In this document: positions 50,847 to 63,900 of the stretch, piece by piece | Layout of the letters: every line of letters begins with the position of its first letter | How positions within the stretch are numbered: position 1 is the first letter of the stretch | Assembly (NCBI GenBank): GCA_030141605.1 | Contig: JAQGDQ010000004.1 | Coordinates: 1,612,001 to 1,676,000 of the forward strand | Direction of reading: 5' to 3' | Source: Tubiluchus corallicola | Taxonomy: Eukaryota > Animalia > Priapulida | DNA length: 64,000 nucleotides | The notes under the pieces: model-generated | The model's input: only the letters and a program-made list of their open reading frames with translations | Databases searched by the model: none | What the model was told of the DNA's origin: nothing | Program-made: the position numbers and the translations under genes

Positions 50847-52437
50847 GATTTCTACACAGCACATGCCAAGCTGCCACATTACCATCGTGTCAAACCCCCA
50901 AGCTGCCAAACTGCCCTTTACAAACTAACGAACTTTATAACAAGCTGGCCCTGCCAAAAGTGCCAAGCTGCGACCATGCTGTTGGAATCAAAAGTGCCAA
51001 AGTGCCACACTCACTCAGGGATTTTACAAAAATGTTTCTTAGTAAAACATCATTATTAACTTAATTTAAGTTTAAGATGCATGGCACTAGCTATTAGTGG
51101 CAGGTTTGTTCTTAACTCCATAAGCATTTTTCGTTTCCCCGGAGCACGTTAAAATTGAAGGACAGGCAGCAATGCAAATGCTGTTAAGTATGGGGCATAG
51201 CTCATAAAAGTATAGTTCAAACTGTCAATTTATCAGTGAGAAGCTCGGTGTGCCAGTGGGAGGACAGATACTATTCGTTCATTCATTCATTCGTTTGTTC
51301 GTTCATTCGTTTAAAGTTTTCGTTCGTTTGTTCGTTTAGTTATAATTGTACGTTGAATGCACCCTAAGAAAATTACCGATCTACCAATGCATGCACAGAA
51401 AGCTCAAATAAATCAGCATATTATAAATCAACGGAAGTTAAGGCACTTAAGAAAACCCAGCCGGAAGTAAAGGGACAATTTATGAATTATGATTTTAGCT
51501 GTGTGTTTTTCTCTCAGAGCATCATCAGTCGATGAAGAGTGCGCAGCTTCCGACCATTATGCAAATTGGACGCAAATGGAATTTCCTCCGCACAATAATT
51601 ACGATAGTCAAAGAAACTTTTAACTTAGCATAAAGTTAAATTAGGCATCCCATGTGATTAATGCAGCACGAAATTTTACCATAAGATATAATTTATGCGC
51701 AATGTAGACCTACAGCTGACATGTCGAGAAGTTGACCCATCTTTTTTGGTTCTATTAGTTCACTAACCATCTTTGCAGTGGCGACACTAGTACTGTGAGC
51801 AGTGTTCAGTGGCGTACTATATACAACAAGAATTATTGTATTATTCAGTGCAAAAGTGTGTAAGACAGCAAGTGCTGAGTGTGTTAATGAATGAGTAAAT
51901 AAGCAGTTAGGTAAGTTAAGAAAAATCTACACCAGGAGGCTGGTAGATAAGCAGCTACATAAGTAGTGGGTAGATGGGTAAGGTAGCGAGGTAAGTAGGC
52001 AGATATACTGATAGACCTGCCCGTAGCTATATACCTGCTTGTCTATCTACCTAAATTATCGACGTAATACAAAATAGAAATCTACGCTTTTATTTGCAAA
52101 TTAGAAAGCGTGATTATCTCAATATTTTTATTTTCAAGTCGTTTGTGTTAACTTTGTACTTATAGCAAATATATAGTATTTTTCCGAAAATCAAAGTAAA
52201 TTTCTTCAACCCCCGCACGATACCAGAAATTGCATGAAATTTTTTTGTTGTTAAGGTTACATAAAACTGCTTTTCATAGTATAGCTGTTCACGGTTCTGT
52301 AGTATACCTAGTTATGTTTCATGCAAAACACTTTAGAGTTTAACATAATAGTTAGGTTTACATTTTCCAAATGTTCCAAGCCTTAATTGCCGGTGAAAAT
52401 AACTCATACACCCCTAAATAAGAATGGTACGTTCCAA

Positions 52438-52579
52438 CCAATGATGGCGCAGCGCGAAGTGACATCACTGCTCATTCATTGCTACGCGTCGGATTGGTTA
52501 CATTCTACAAACCAGCTAGCAGCAGCAGCAAAGTTACCAGCAATAGAACAGATGCGTACTCTATAAAGGGAATCACGTG
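52438..52579 (+). promoter_or_regulatory. Candidate proximal promoter of the LMO4-like gene
   Basis: CCAAT (52438), CRE-like TGACATCA (52460), reverse CCAAT (52493), TATAAA (52562) and CACGTG E-box (52574), clustered 320-460 bp upstream of the ATG exon. Confidence 0.55.
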
Positions 52580-52898
52580 TGATTGTACAGAAGGTAAAGT
52601 GCCTCTCTGAATAGATATATTGATTGATTATATACACCGTATTAATGTAAGTATTATCAACGAGTACAATGACAATGAAACTGAAAGTTACGTTACGTAC
52701 AAAGACTAGCCGAGCACTGTTAACGACTGCAGCTCGATAATGAATACATTTATACATCTCCTGTATTAGAGTGTAATTTCATAAACATCCGAATTTGAAG
52801 TGCGCTTGTGACTCATTTTGAGTAAACTCTTGACTTGTAGTAGCGTGGGAAGCAGATTACCATCGAAGTTTGATACTTGGCGAGAGAAATTTTACGAT

Positions 52899-52920
52899 AT
52901 GGACGTTGGACCCGGTGCAG
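52899..52920 (+). CDS. LMO4: LMO4-like first coding exon (MDVGPGA-)
   Basis: ATG followed by strong donor CAG|gtaagc. Phase 1 matches the acceptor at 58759. Lies just downstream of the promoter motifs. Confidence 0.7.
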
Positions 52921-53395
52921 GTAAGCCTAGCTATTCAAATTGCATTACTTACACTTAATTGTAGCAGTTATTCATACCTATAAAAGACACCGACAATTAA
53001 ATGACTGTAATACATTTTTGGCAACGTCATAACAATATGCTTAACTTCGTAGTTGACTGTGCTTACATTTCCATTGTGTAAGTTTAGTCTTACATCACAT
53101 AAAAAAGTAGATTATATATTGTAACAAACACAGCAGTCATTAAATTTTGTTTCAGTTTTGATTTTCCCACTTCCCACAACTTGGCCTTTTCACGTTTATG
53201 ATAATATTTTATATGAAATTGTGATTTTTAGCTCGTGCTCAACGTTTAGTATGTATGTATGCGCAAATCTGTTCCGTGCAAATGTTTTAATGTGCCCTTT
53301 TATTCTTGAGCTTTATGTATATATGGTGCATAATGTACTGGTGCTTACCTAGTTATTTTAGCAACGCATCTTCCCCTGCAAGTAGAGGGGTCTTT

Positions 53396-53429
<34 letters not shown>

Positions 53430-56400
53430 TATATAATTAATATTTTATTTTATAAATAAGAGAACTATAACGAATCTTTCTGTCTGTCTGTCTCTCTCTC
53501 TCTTCCTCCCTCCAACTTTTCCCCTCTGTCTCAGTAAAAGTACTAGTGCATTAGTGACCGTGAATGACATATGAGCAAATATGTGAATAACTGAATACGA
53601 TGACAAATACCTTGTGAATAAAAGTCACACAGCTGTTATAACTATCTGAATCTGGTTTCGGGAGACTGGTGCTTCTTGGAAGGTTGGTTGCTATTTCAGC
53701 TGCTATGGACGCGTGTGTTTACTGTCATTTTGTCACCGATTATAATTCGGAAGAAAAAATCCGGCCTTATACTTACCGGATGCAGGTGTCTTCTATCTAG
53801 GCTTGCTAACTGTACTGTATGATCAAAGATCAATCAACTTGTTATTAGCAATAGTAACGCCCTGGTGAGAATTTAATACTAGCAGGTGTTTGCCCCATAG
53901 ATAGATATAGTACCACCACGAATCTAATATTATACTGTATCTCTCTCTCTGTGGAGCCTGAACGCCATCTATGTTATTAGCACGATGGTTTGAGCGGCCC
54001 CCAAAGGCAAAACCCAATTACGTTATTGCGAGTTATTAGACTAATGCAGGCTTTATGACTGTTAGCCTAGCAAGCCATCCCGCACCCTTTCCGGACGCGC
54101 AACTGTACAATACGCGCGACTCTTTCATCGGGAGAAAATCTTGAGCAATGCGCTTTTATTGAACTACTAATGCACATTCGAAGTTTGTGTACACAGTGTC
54201 GACTGCTGTCGTGGCGCTCCAGGGCCTTTCTCCATAATGAACCGTGTTGCAGCCACTCTGGGCCGGGGAGAGCCGGGGCTTTGGGCCGGGCAAATACGGT
54301 GCGGCATGCCATGGATTAACATATACCACTTAGAGCGTCATGACTGATCCCATCTTAACTGGTGCGCCATCATGTGATTATGCCTAGGAAAACCTTTGTA
54401 AGAACCCACTACATTTGTGTTTTGTATTAAAAGCTATTTTGCCGATGTCGCTTTCAGGCCCCTTGATGTGGATCCGTTCCATTAGCAACTGAGTTGCAAT
54501 ATTATTCACCTGTAGCACCCGTTTTTTCTAAGTCACTACGCCTGCAGCGCATTCAAAAGATTTAGTTGTTCGTAAATGGGAAATTTTTATTAATGAGATT
54601 GTTGTGCCCCTGCACATGTATATTTGCTCACTAAGCTCAGTTTTTTGAATCCTGTAAAAAGTATATCGGAGCAAAGTGTTATAATGGGTAGGCTGAAATC
54701 AGTTGTCAATGTAGCTAAAAAGCATTTGCTCTCCACTCCGATAGACATGCCTTAGTTTGTATATAAATGTATATATACTTAATTAAACAGGGAGGATACG
54801 TAGTGCGCGGCTAATGAAACACGTAATTATAGAACCACGTGGTATTTGTTCATACTCCGCGTTAAATTAATCGGCTAATTATCTTAATTAAGTCCTGAGG
54901 GAGAGGCCATTATCCCGAGTGCAATGATGTAACTACTTTTATCAAATTGATTAACTAGGAGTTTAACTTTCAACTGAAATTAGTCAGCTGCCTCAGTGCC
55001 AGTTTACTTCAGCATTTATGTACAGAGACGTTTTTAGTGATGCCTGTATTCAGTAACTTCAATACTAATTAAAACTAATGAAATCAACCACTGCTAGTAT
55101 TAATATGATAAAAAATTAATATGTATCGTCATCTTTCTGTTTTACTGATTACCTCCGCAGGCGCCTCCCTCAATGCAAAGTAATTGTTGACTCAGCTCAT
55201 CTGGTTAAATTTTAGAGCTTGTCATTTGATAAGGTATTAAAAAGTAACCTACTGGAGGGAGTTCTGTAAATATCTTTAACTGTTTGCAAACTTGCACAAT
55301 ATTTTGAACTATCACGTCAACAAAATCTCGCATCCGAAGGCGGCAACCATTTGTATACTTGTACAGAATATGTAAATCGCTGGAGTCGCTTGTAAATATT
55401 TTCAAGCTTATACCACTTATAGAATTTCTAAGGGAAACTTAGGTTATATTAATAAATAAAAACTAATAGAATAGTTGTAAATATTTTCAACCCTCTTCCT
55501 GTAATTGAATTTTTGAAGGCAACTGTTTACAAACTTGCACAGTTCACTTGTATCACAGAAAACTTATCTAGATGTTACAGATTTTGTAAACTTCTATAAT
55601 TTTTGAACCCTGAAATAAGAACTTGGTTGATGTGTTAGGTTTTCCCAATTTGTTGTTTTAGGATCGAGACTAAAGTTCTATCTAGCAGTCTTTCTGTACT
55701 TTCCCATATCTTCTTTTTTTCCGTTTGCCTACTTCTTGTCTATCAAATGGGCGTATTCATGTGTTTTAGTCTCTAGTCTAGAATCCAATACCCAGCTGCC
55801 TACGAGTCTCGTTATTGCGTTGACTTGTAGGCATCTGCGTTAACTTGTGGGCATCTTTTGTTTGCATTTATGGTTGTTTCCAGACAATATCGCTAGAAGA
55901 CGAATAATGTACTTTAGAATGATTGATTGTTTCTTATATCCCCTTTACTATTTGTTACGTGCCCACTCCGTATTGTTTTCTTCTTTTTGCATTTTACTGT
56001 TGCCTTATTCTCTTATGTCCTCTTATTCTCCCCAAAACCCTCGTTCTGATCATTTTCCTTTCGCTCTTGCTTCACGCTTGTTTTTCTCGCTTCTCTGCTC
56101 TCCTGTTTATTGTATTTACTTCTTGTTTTAGTTTTTTTTTGTTCCCATTGAATGTCTTTTTGTCATTCTTCTGTCACTCCATTGTTCTTCTCTTTAGTCG
56201 AATCAGCTCTTGAAAATGTAGCTGAACTTGAAAAGCATCGCATTATCCCTGCATACCATCCAATTATTTGCGCCATGTTGACACAGGGAATAAGAGAAAA
56301 ACAAACAGGGTATAATGAGAAGGGTAACAGCAAGGCCTCTTTATCCCACAGCGTGAGAAAACGTGACAAAATATCAACATGATTATTGTCAGCCGAGGAT

Positions 56401-59255
56401 GTATACATTTAGCCAACATCCAGAAACTTCAACTCCCGCAATGGTCATTGTGCTGAAGTGCTGCGAGTGTTATGAATGATGTTTTGGCTATCATAAGGTG
56501 AAAATGAGACAAAAATAAGGAAGCGTTTCGGAAATTACCATGATATGTTATCATGAAATGTATTGCTATTTTGTTTTGGTTATTTATAGTATTAATTTTA
56601 AATCAGACTGAAAACAAAACTTGTTCTAGTACAGTTTAAAAAAATCAAAGAACTGCAAACTAACCTGTGGCATTTGCTGATGTGAATTAATGTTGGATTA
56701 ATCTTTGGATTTTTTGCGCTCTGCATCGAAGATTAGATTGAGACCTACTGCGTCACATTTTGTAACGACTGTTCCTAATTGTAGTACATGCCAGTAGGAC
56801 TATGACAAAGTTTTCTGAGGAAGCTCTGACTTCGAGCAAAAGTTTGTCAGCAAGTTGTCAGCGCCAACTGTACTCTGTGACTCACCTTCCCATTTCTGCA
56901 CAAAGAAAACCATATTTATTGCCGGTACGACTTACTGGTAGTACTCATTAAAAATACATGTATATTGAAGCTAAATTGCTTGCACGCTAATCCTATACCT
57001 AGGTTGCCGACAACGCTCAGTGCTTCCCCTCCAGTATTTGGAATACAAAGCGATTCCGAGATAAATGACTTTTCACTGCCATTCAATGTATAATTGAGGG
57101 AGTTTCTTCGACGCCTCTGTGCCGCAACTTACAGTTTTGGTGACAAGCAGTGCTCACAATAAAGATGATACATTAATTACTAAATCGTCAGTTTTACTAA
57201 TTAACATTACATTTGGTAATTTAAATTAATGAAACCGCAAAGTTATGTCTTAATGTTTGTCGTTCCCATCTATATTCTTACGATTAATAGTGCTTGGAGC
57301 CGCCAGTCTTAGGCTGTGCACCTGTGTCATTTATCCTCCTCCCCTTCTCCGGAGGCAACAAGCAAACCAGTTTTGAGTTGCTGACACATTTTCTAATTAT
57401 GAAAATGGACGCTGTAATGCACACTCGGCCATCGGCTTGCTTTTTCGGGAGGATTACCACAGAAACGAAAATGATATCGCTGATGCATTCTAATGCCTAC
57501 CCTGCCTTTCAAAATAGGCCCCGTTATGATGCAGATGTTATAGAAAAGTTATGTCCTAATGGGGCTTATTTCGTAAGGCTAGAAATGTTTTACTGCAATT
57601 CTCTACCTGTCTCTGTTCCGCAGTTATAAGACCTTACCTAATTAGCGCAGTTTTATTCACCAAAAAGGTTCTTGCTTCCAACTGTATGGCTGATATTTCT
57701 TATTTTATACGTACTTTTGTTTAAGCGAGGTGACGTAGAATATCTGGCAGGGCATTTTCGTTTATTTAACCGCAAGCCAGTTTACATAAGCTTTCAAGCT
57801 CTGACAAAAAACTCACACCTCTACGGAACCTTCTGGACTTGATGATCCAGACCAATATTTTTTGCGAATAAAGGTAAAGTTAATCATTGGAAGATAGAAA
57901 TGAAGAAGAAAAAACAGAACGCCACGTGACCAAGCAACTGTTTCTGTAATTTTCTTTAGCTCAGTCGTCAAACACTGGTTAATGTACGCGGCAAGCTGAA
58001 ATTACAAAACGAACAGGCAAAATGAATAAGAAGGATATTAAGAATAAAACAGCTTTGCCCTTTTACCTATGCAACAAGTTTCTTATCCAATTTCTGATTA
58101 TCACAAGCCAAGGCATAGCTGATCACTTTATCGCATCGACAAACACCAGATGTATATCTACATCGAAATTTGACTACCACACTCTTCGCCGCAGGTCGTT
58201 CATGATTTGGGCGATATTTCAACCGGCGATGAATTATTAGATTTTGATGACATTTGCCGTCAGCGAGCTTTATCAGTAATTTCCCCGTAGATGTTTAGGT
58301 TGTTGTAGTTTCAATTTGCAAAATTTGGCTTCACTGCGTTCCTTCTAACTTTCTCTTCTTTCCTAAGATGCGCACTCCGGAAACAGAGGATCAGATGACT
58401 AATGTTCAAAATGACGGTTTTCTGGCTTCATTTATAATCATCAGAGCCATAGTTGTCTTTAATATGTCAGCAAGGGTGTCATTAGTGACACCTGTAATGG
58501 CTACTCTAAATCCATGTGGTCATTTCAGTTGTAGAGCACGGTATATTAAACAAATTACCTAAAAGATAAAGCTCTTGATTATTATAAGTCCTTTCACATT
58601 CAAAATAAAACCAGTACATTAGTGAATGTTCTATCAAAAGATGCCACTTGAGTTGTATGTGTAAAAAGACGTGAACACTACCCATCTTGGCTAATTTGTA
58701 AACAAATTTTGTTATTCAAAATACATACAAAATTGATAATTTTTTTTGCCATTTTACAGAAAGCATAGCAGTGTCAAACATACAGCAGAGTACTCAGCAA
58801 CAAAAGCAAAACAGCAACAATAATAATAACAACAGCGTCAAGTCATGTGCGGGCTGTGGTGGCAAAATATGTGACAGGCAAGTATTTTTATTAAACAAGA
58901 ATTATTATTTAATGCTATTTATTTTTGTCAGACTGTTGGACGAGTTGGTACTTTTTATTTTGTACATATTTTAAAATATCGATGATTGCGTTATTCGATC
59001 TGATAATTGATATTATCTGTTATTAAGTTTAGCACTCTAACGGGTAAGAGAAAAAAATTTCAGTGATTAAGTTTTGCATTCTGTTACGAAACGTTTCATC
59101 AGTCGTACCATTTGCAGGTTTCTTCTTCATTCGCTAGACCGATATTGGCACACGGGCTGTCTCAAGTGTTCCTGCTGTCAAGCAAACCTGGCAGACATCG
59201 GACGGTCATGTTTCGCTAAGGCCGGGATGATACTCTGTAAAAATGATTATGTGCG
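52899..59255 (+). CDS. LMO4: LIM domain only protein 4-like, 3'-incomplete: join(52899-52920, 58760-58877, 59118-59255)
   Basis: Spliced product MDVGPGAESIAVSNIQQSTQQQKQNSNNNNNNSVKSCAGCGGKICDRFLLHSLDRYWHTGCLKCSCCQANLADIGRSCFAKAGMILCKNDYVR. This is a complete LIM domain matching LMO4 as I recall it (CAGCGGKIADRFLL...CLKCSCCQAQLGDIG.SCY.KSGMILCRNDYIR). No LIM2 exon was found before the window end. Confidence 0.9.
58760..58877 (+). CDS. LMO4: LMO4-like exon 2 (Q/N-rich linker, CAGCGGKICDR)
   Basis: Acceptor ccattttacag; ends at non-canonical donor AG|gcaagt. Confidence 0.88.
59118..59255 (+). CDS. LMO4: LMO4-like exon 3 (rest of LIM1)
   Basis: Acceptor tttgcag, donor CG|gtgagt. Contains the LIM zinc ligands H..C..C..C...C..D. 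Confidence 0.93.
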
Positions 59256-59329
59256 GTGAGTAACTGCATTCACATTAGCAATACTGACAGTGATTTTTAT
59301 ATATTGTATGACGTCGTAATGCTGCTTTC

Positions 59330-59900
59330 AGATTCACCGTCAAAAATTCTACAATGTATCATTAGCATGCACGAACTCATGAAGTAAACCTTCTGTATTT
59401 TGAACTCTAAATTCATGTTAAACGCATTTATTTCTATTGAAAATAACTTAATGGACCCAGAACTATGCCTCTAGGCACACCATTTTATACAACGTTAAGT
59501 AACTGAATTACAGAACGGTTTTTGTTGGTGAACTAGCCTTGCTTTTTGCTTGTAATGCAACATTTAATGTTCAGTTGTTAGCGCTTAGTAGCTGGTAAGA
59601 TTGGAGTATGCTTGAATCACAAATATTATCGTCAAAAGAAATTTGCTGACAAGGTTAAGGGACTCTAAAAACCCACAACGTGTTAAAGGTGATTTAAAGT
59701 CCATTCTTAGATATATTAAAACAACATATTCATGTACTCTTAGGTGCGCTACTATTGCATGTAATACATTGTGGTTCGTCAGAGCATTTCAACCAAACTT
59801 AACGCTGTAAGTAAGGTGCCTGTTCTAAAGCATGTGATAACCGTACTATTGAGTCGCTTGTAATTCCATCCCGTAGCAACAAGTATTGTCGAGTTTGAGT
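59330..59900 (-). mobile_element. Decayed non-LTR retrotransposon (LINE) reverse-transcriptase fragment in LMO4 intron 3
   Basis: The minus strand encodes NGVPRGIVLGPL (degenerate GVPQGSVLGPL) at ~59450-59485, followed by HANDT (degenerate YADDT) at ~59355-59370, with stops and frameshifts. The outer boundaries are approximate. Confidence 0.6.
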
Positions 59901-60720
59901 CCTAATTTTTAGCTTCTGAACGTAGCTTGACTTGCATTAATTTTCCTGAATAGCCATGTAATTCATTAGTGTACTAAATTGTGGAGTCCAGTCCACAAGA
60001 CATACGTATATTGCTGGTAATTGATGCATTATATCTGTCTACTTGCTGTAATCGCAACATTGGGGCTTGCATTAATTTCCTATGATAGGGCGGTTGTAAA
60101 AATGGGCGTTTACATAATCCGTCAAGCAGTTTTGTTACATACCAGTTATGAGATACACTGTATCGTATAACGAAATTTGACACTATCTTGTAATGTAATT
60201 TGGTTATTATGGCCAACCAAGGTTTCTTCGACCAATACGTTCAATGGCTTTACTAACCACCCTCCCCCCCATCCCATGGTGTAATTGCTCAGTAGAGACT
60301 TACTTGATTGAATTTCATCTGTTGTCAATGCTGCAAGAACATTAACTCCTGCGTAGTTAGCGCAGGAGTTATTATATCCAATGCTGATTTTGTCATTGAC
60401 ATTTTTCGCTTATTGTCTGCTTAATGCCTGTTATAATGTCGTCTGCAACCTACTGTTTCTGTTTATCATAATAAAGCAACAACTTTTCAGGTGCAAAAGT
60501 TTACTCGCTGATAGTTTGATGTTTTATATCCTGCTTTATAGACTGTATTGCCGGAAGAATGTGCGTTTTGCAATTTAAAAAACGCGCGATACACCAGTAT
60601 TTCACTTCAACGCCGCTCAATTTTCATCAACTAATCTGTCATAACATCACTGCACGACGCACGTAGTTAGGTAGTTTGTTTGAAGTGAGATTTCTTTTCC
60701 GTCGTTACTTCGAAAGCCAT

Positions 60721-60925
60721 CTTTCTCTGATAAAACTTTTAGCACATGGCTAAAAAGCTCTGGATGGCGCGGATGCACTTATTTGTTACACACTTAGCGC
60801 TTTGACAGCCTCTTCCTACATCAACTGTTCTTCATTACTTAACGCACTTTAATGACTATCCAGCCTCCATCTAGTACAATTTTTGTCCTAATGAAACCAA
60901 ACATTCACTTTGTGCGGTTCTCTGG
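60721..60925 (-). mobile_element. Decayed Ty3/Gypsy pol (RT C-terminus/connection) fragment
   Basis: The minus strand gives NRTK*MFG (cf. N.KKC.FG) followed by IRAIQSFLAMC*KFY (cf. K.VQSFLGMC.YYR), in the expected order. Confidence 0.45.
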
Positions 60926-63900
60926 GGGTTTGGGGGGCCGCATCAACGTGTCTGATTGTGTCCTAGACACCTTAGCAAAATGCTGTGTCGTGAGACTCTG
61001 AAAGAAGCTAATAGAATAGAGCGCTAAAAGATCGTCTTTCCAGACAACACTATTGAAATTTGATGAAAAGACGACTTACTCTGCCTAATGGTCTTAATGG
61101 TTTTAACGACAGTTGCCATTCCCGGGAGCTCTCTGTAGGTGTGGCCTGACTGCCTGTGCAGTCACGTGCTCAAAGTGTGTTTTCAGTGCTTCTACCAAAA
61201 TTTGCGACGAACTTCAAGAAAGCTGGTAAACACTCAGGCTATATGAGGTGTGACGACATTCGTTTAGATGCGAAAACTGAGTGTGTTGGTGTGTCGCAAG
61301 TCCCCGCTAGGGTACGCCCTTACTAGCGTATCATTACAGAAACTAAATTTAAACTTTAATTGGAAATGGTTGCGCCATAACTCAGCAAATTGTGGCTTAT
61401 TAATGCGGGCAATCAGCGGGGAGCCTGGAACAGCTGAACTTAATTGTGTTTGCCTCCCTTCTGCTGGCAATTTCCGCCGAGTTTCCAGTAAAAGTCCACT
61501 TTGGATTCAATCTTTCCTGTTGTGTAAAATCAAATGGTCGGTGACTTTAGGTTTTATTTCGCTCTTTTTTTCTGACCTCACATTTAGCATTCTGTTAGTT
61601 ACTCTGATGGTGGCTCGGGGCGGTCAAGTCCTGTTATGATGTTTCCCACCATATAGATACAAATAGTATGTGCTGTATCTCTGATTAGGGTCTGTGCATA
61701 ATTGCACGTGTAATGTCACGATTGTGCCTGATTTTCAAAGGCTGCATTGCATATACTTTGCCAGCGTATTCTGCTAAAGATTTCAGACGATTTTTAGACA
61801 ACAATTTTCTATTGAAAGTATTTTATAAATAACTTAGTAGATCCATTACACATAATAATTGTGTTCTAGATTTGTTTCACACTGGCAAAGCTATTCTGCA
61901 GATGACGCACACAAGTTTTTGTCGTTAGGATAATAATTATCTTGGTCCGGACTTGTCCAATCTAACACGTGTAAACAGCGTAATTTCTTCGTTTTCTAGA
62001 CATGGTCTGATGCAAAAATGAAATAAATGGTGGAGTGAGGAAGTAACATTTGCTTAATGCAAAAGGCCTTTTCTAGATTCGGTCTTTGTTAATGTGTACG
62101 CGCCATATACGTATTCTTGTTTTTGCAATCTCAGCGCAAAAAATATTTTTACTTGCTGTCGGCCTGGCCTAGGTCTTTTTTCACCGTGAATCCCGGTACT
62201 GGTAAATCAGGCGGCTTGATTGTAAACGTAAGATGCAACCATTCTTTTTGAATACCATGATGAATTAGTGACTGCTTTCCCTGAGGACGTAACAGAATAA
62301 GCAAGGTGCTCACAACAGTTGTTATTTGCCTTTCCATTTCTCTTTTGGCCATTCCATGTTTTTCATCGTCTGCACATGGCTGCAGTTTTACTGTTGCTAA
62401 TTAGACCTAAAAACATAGCAACAAAGCAGCGCCGCTTACTGGCCATGGGTAATTGATCTCGCTGGTATGGTGACCTAGGGGAGGCGTTAATTAAACTAGC
62501 CATCTTTAACGAATCATAATGACCACTACTGTTGATTGAAGAGAGCCTAATTTCCGATGTAACAACATCTGGCGGGGGATAATCAGCTAGTGGAAGGTCT
62601 GCACTGGCAAAACCTTTGGCATAGTAGGATCTTGAAGGCTGAAACCTGACTTATAACAATGCCAATTCTTACTAATTCCATGTTTAACTCTTACGAACTT
62701 TATAGCCATGTGTTTATTGCTTCTAAGCGACCCTTTGGGGATAATTTAATTTTATAGCAGTTCATTATAGAAACTGCAAGAAGAAAAAGCACATAGTGTT
62801 ACCTAGTGAGGCAATTTTAAAGACTCCTGCCAAACAGGCGCAATCCACAGTTAGCAATCCCGCAGCTGATTGAATGTAGTATATTGTGTATGAATGCACT
62901 TCATTATTTATACAAAAAACGAAGAAACTTTTGGCTGTTTTGTTAGGAATTAGCATTATAATACTGCCTGACCAATTCATTTGTGACTTCGTCCATTTAT
63001 TTGTTAATCAATAAAAGCATGTGTAGTGGTCTAATTCGGCGCCACAACCGTACACGTGGTAAGTTTATGCAAACTCATAAATGTAGTCGAATTGGAACTG
63101 GAAATTCACTTTTCATTTGGACCAATTTTACTCACTTGTGGACTAGAGCCTAACAGAGTATCAGATTTAAAATTTTTCAGAAGGTAGTGCTAACTACATA
63201 GATTTATCTGCCGTACGTGCAAATTATTCAAATAATTTTCCGTTCACAAATAGCGAAAACAAAACATCTAATTAGCCCCAACTGTTTAAATTCAAATTTT
63301 TGTACATTATTAGTATATCGATCAACTACACTCACTACACGTATTTAATAATGTTAGACAAGGCAATGCAGGATGTTTCTAAAAGGGGCTTTATGTGTTA
63401 AACTCATATACGTATAGCCACGGTCTTATCGGTCGATCTGCTACATTTCTAATTTACGCAGACGCAAAACCAAGCGATAAAAATTCGCTACTCAAAGATG
63501 AACTTATTCCAGTAACCTTGATGCGCAAGTGCCAGAAATAAAATGACAAAATAGTTTTTTATGACGAACGTCATTTTCAGCGCTATCCTACCCTGCAAAG
63601 CCAAGTAAAAATAATTATGTAAACGGAGTGGTGCATAATATTCTGTATACAGATCAAAGCATATCAAAACTACTTGAATACCTAGAAAGGTTAAAATACA
63701 GAGTGCATTTATATCTCTTATTCTGTTCAGATGTACGCACTGACTCAGCTGGATTACCAAATAAGTTTTTTACAGTTTATGGTTCCTTGAGATGTTTTGA
63801 GTTTCGAACTTGAAATTTTTTGAACACTCGAAGATTTTTGTTTGTTAGTACTACTCAATTTTATTGAATTTGACTCTGTGGGTGCCTCCATAAGCAATTT

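Noticed and set aside
51500-51545. Minus-strand CTGATGA suggestive of a Penelope-type hammerhead
   Set aside because: The CGAAA half of the core and stems I/III are not intact.
58882-58974. Canonical GT donor or read-through after LMO4 exon 2
   Set aside because: Out of phase with the 59118 acceptor and destroys the LIM domain; the GC donor fits exactly.
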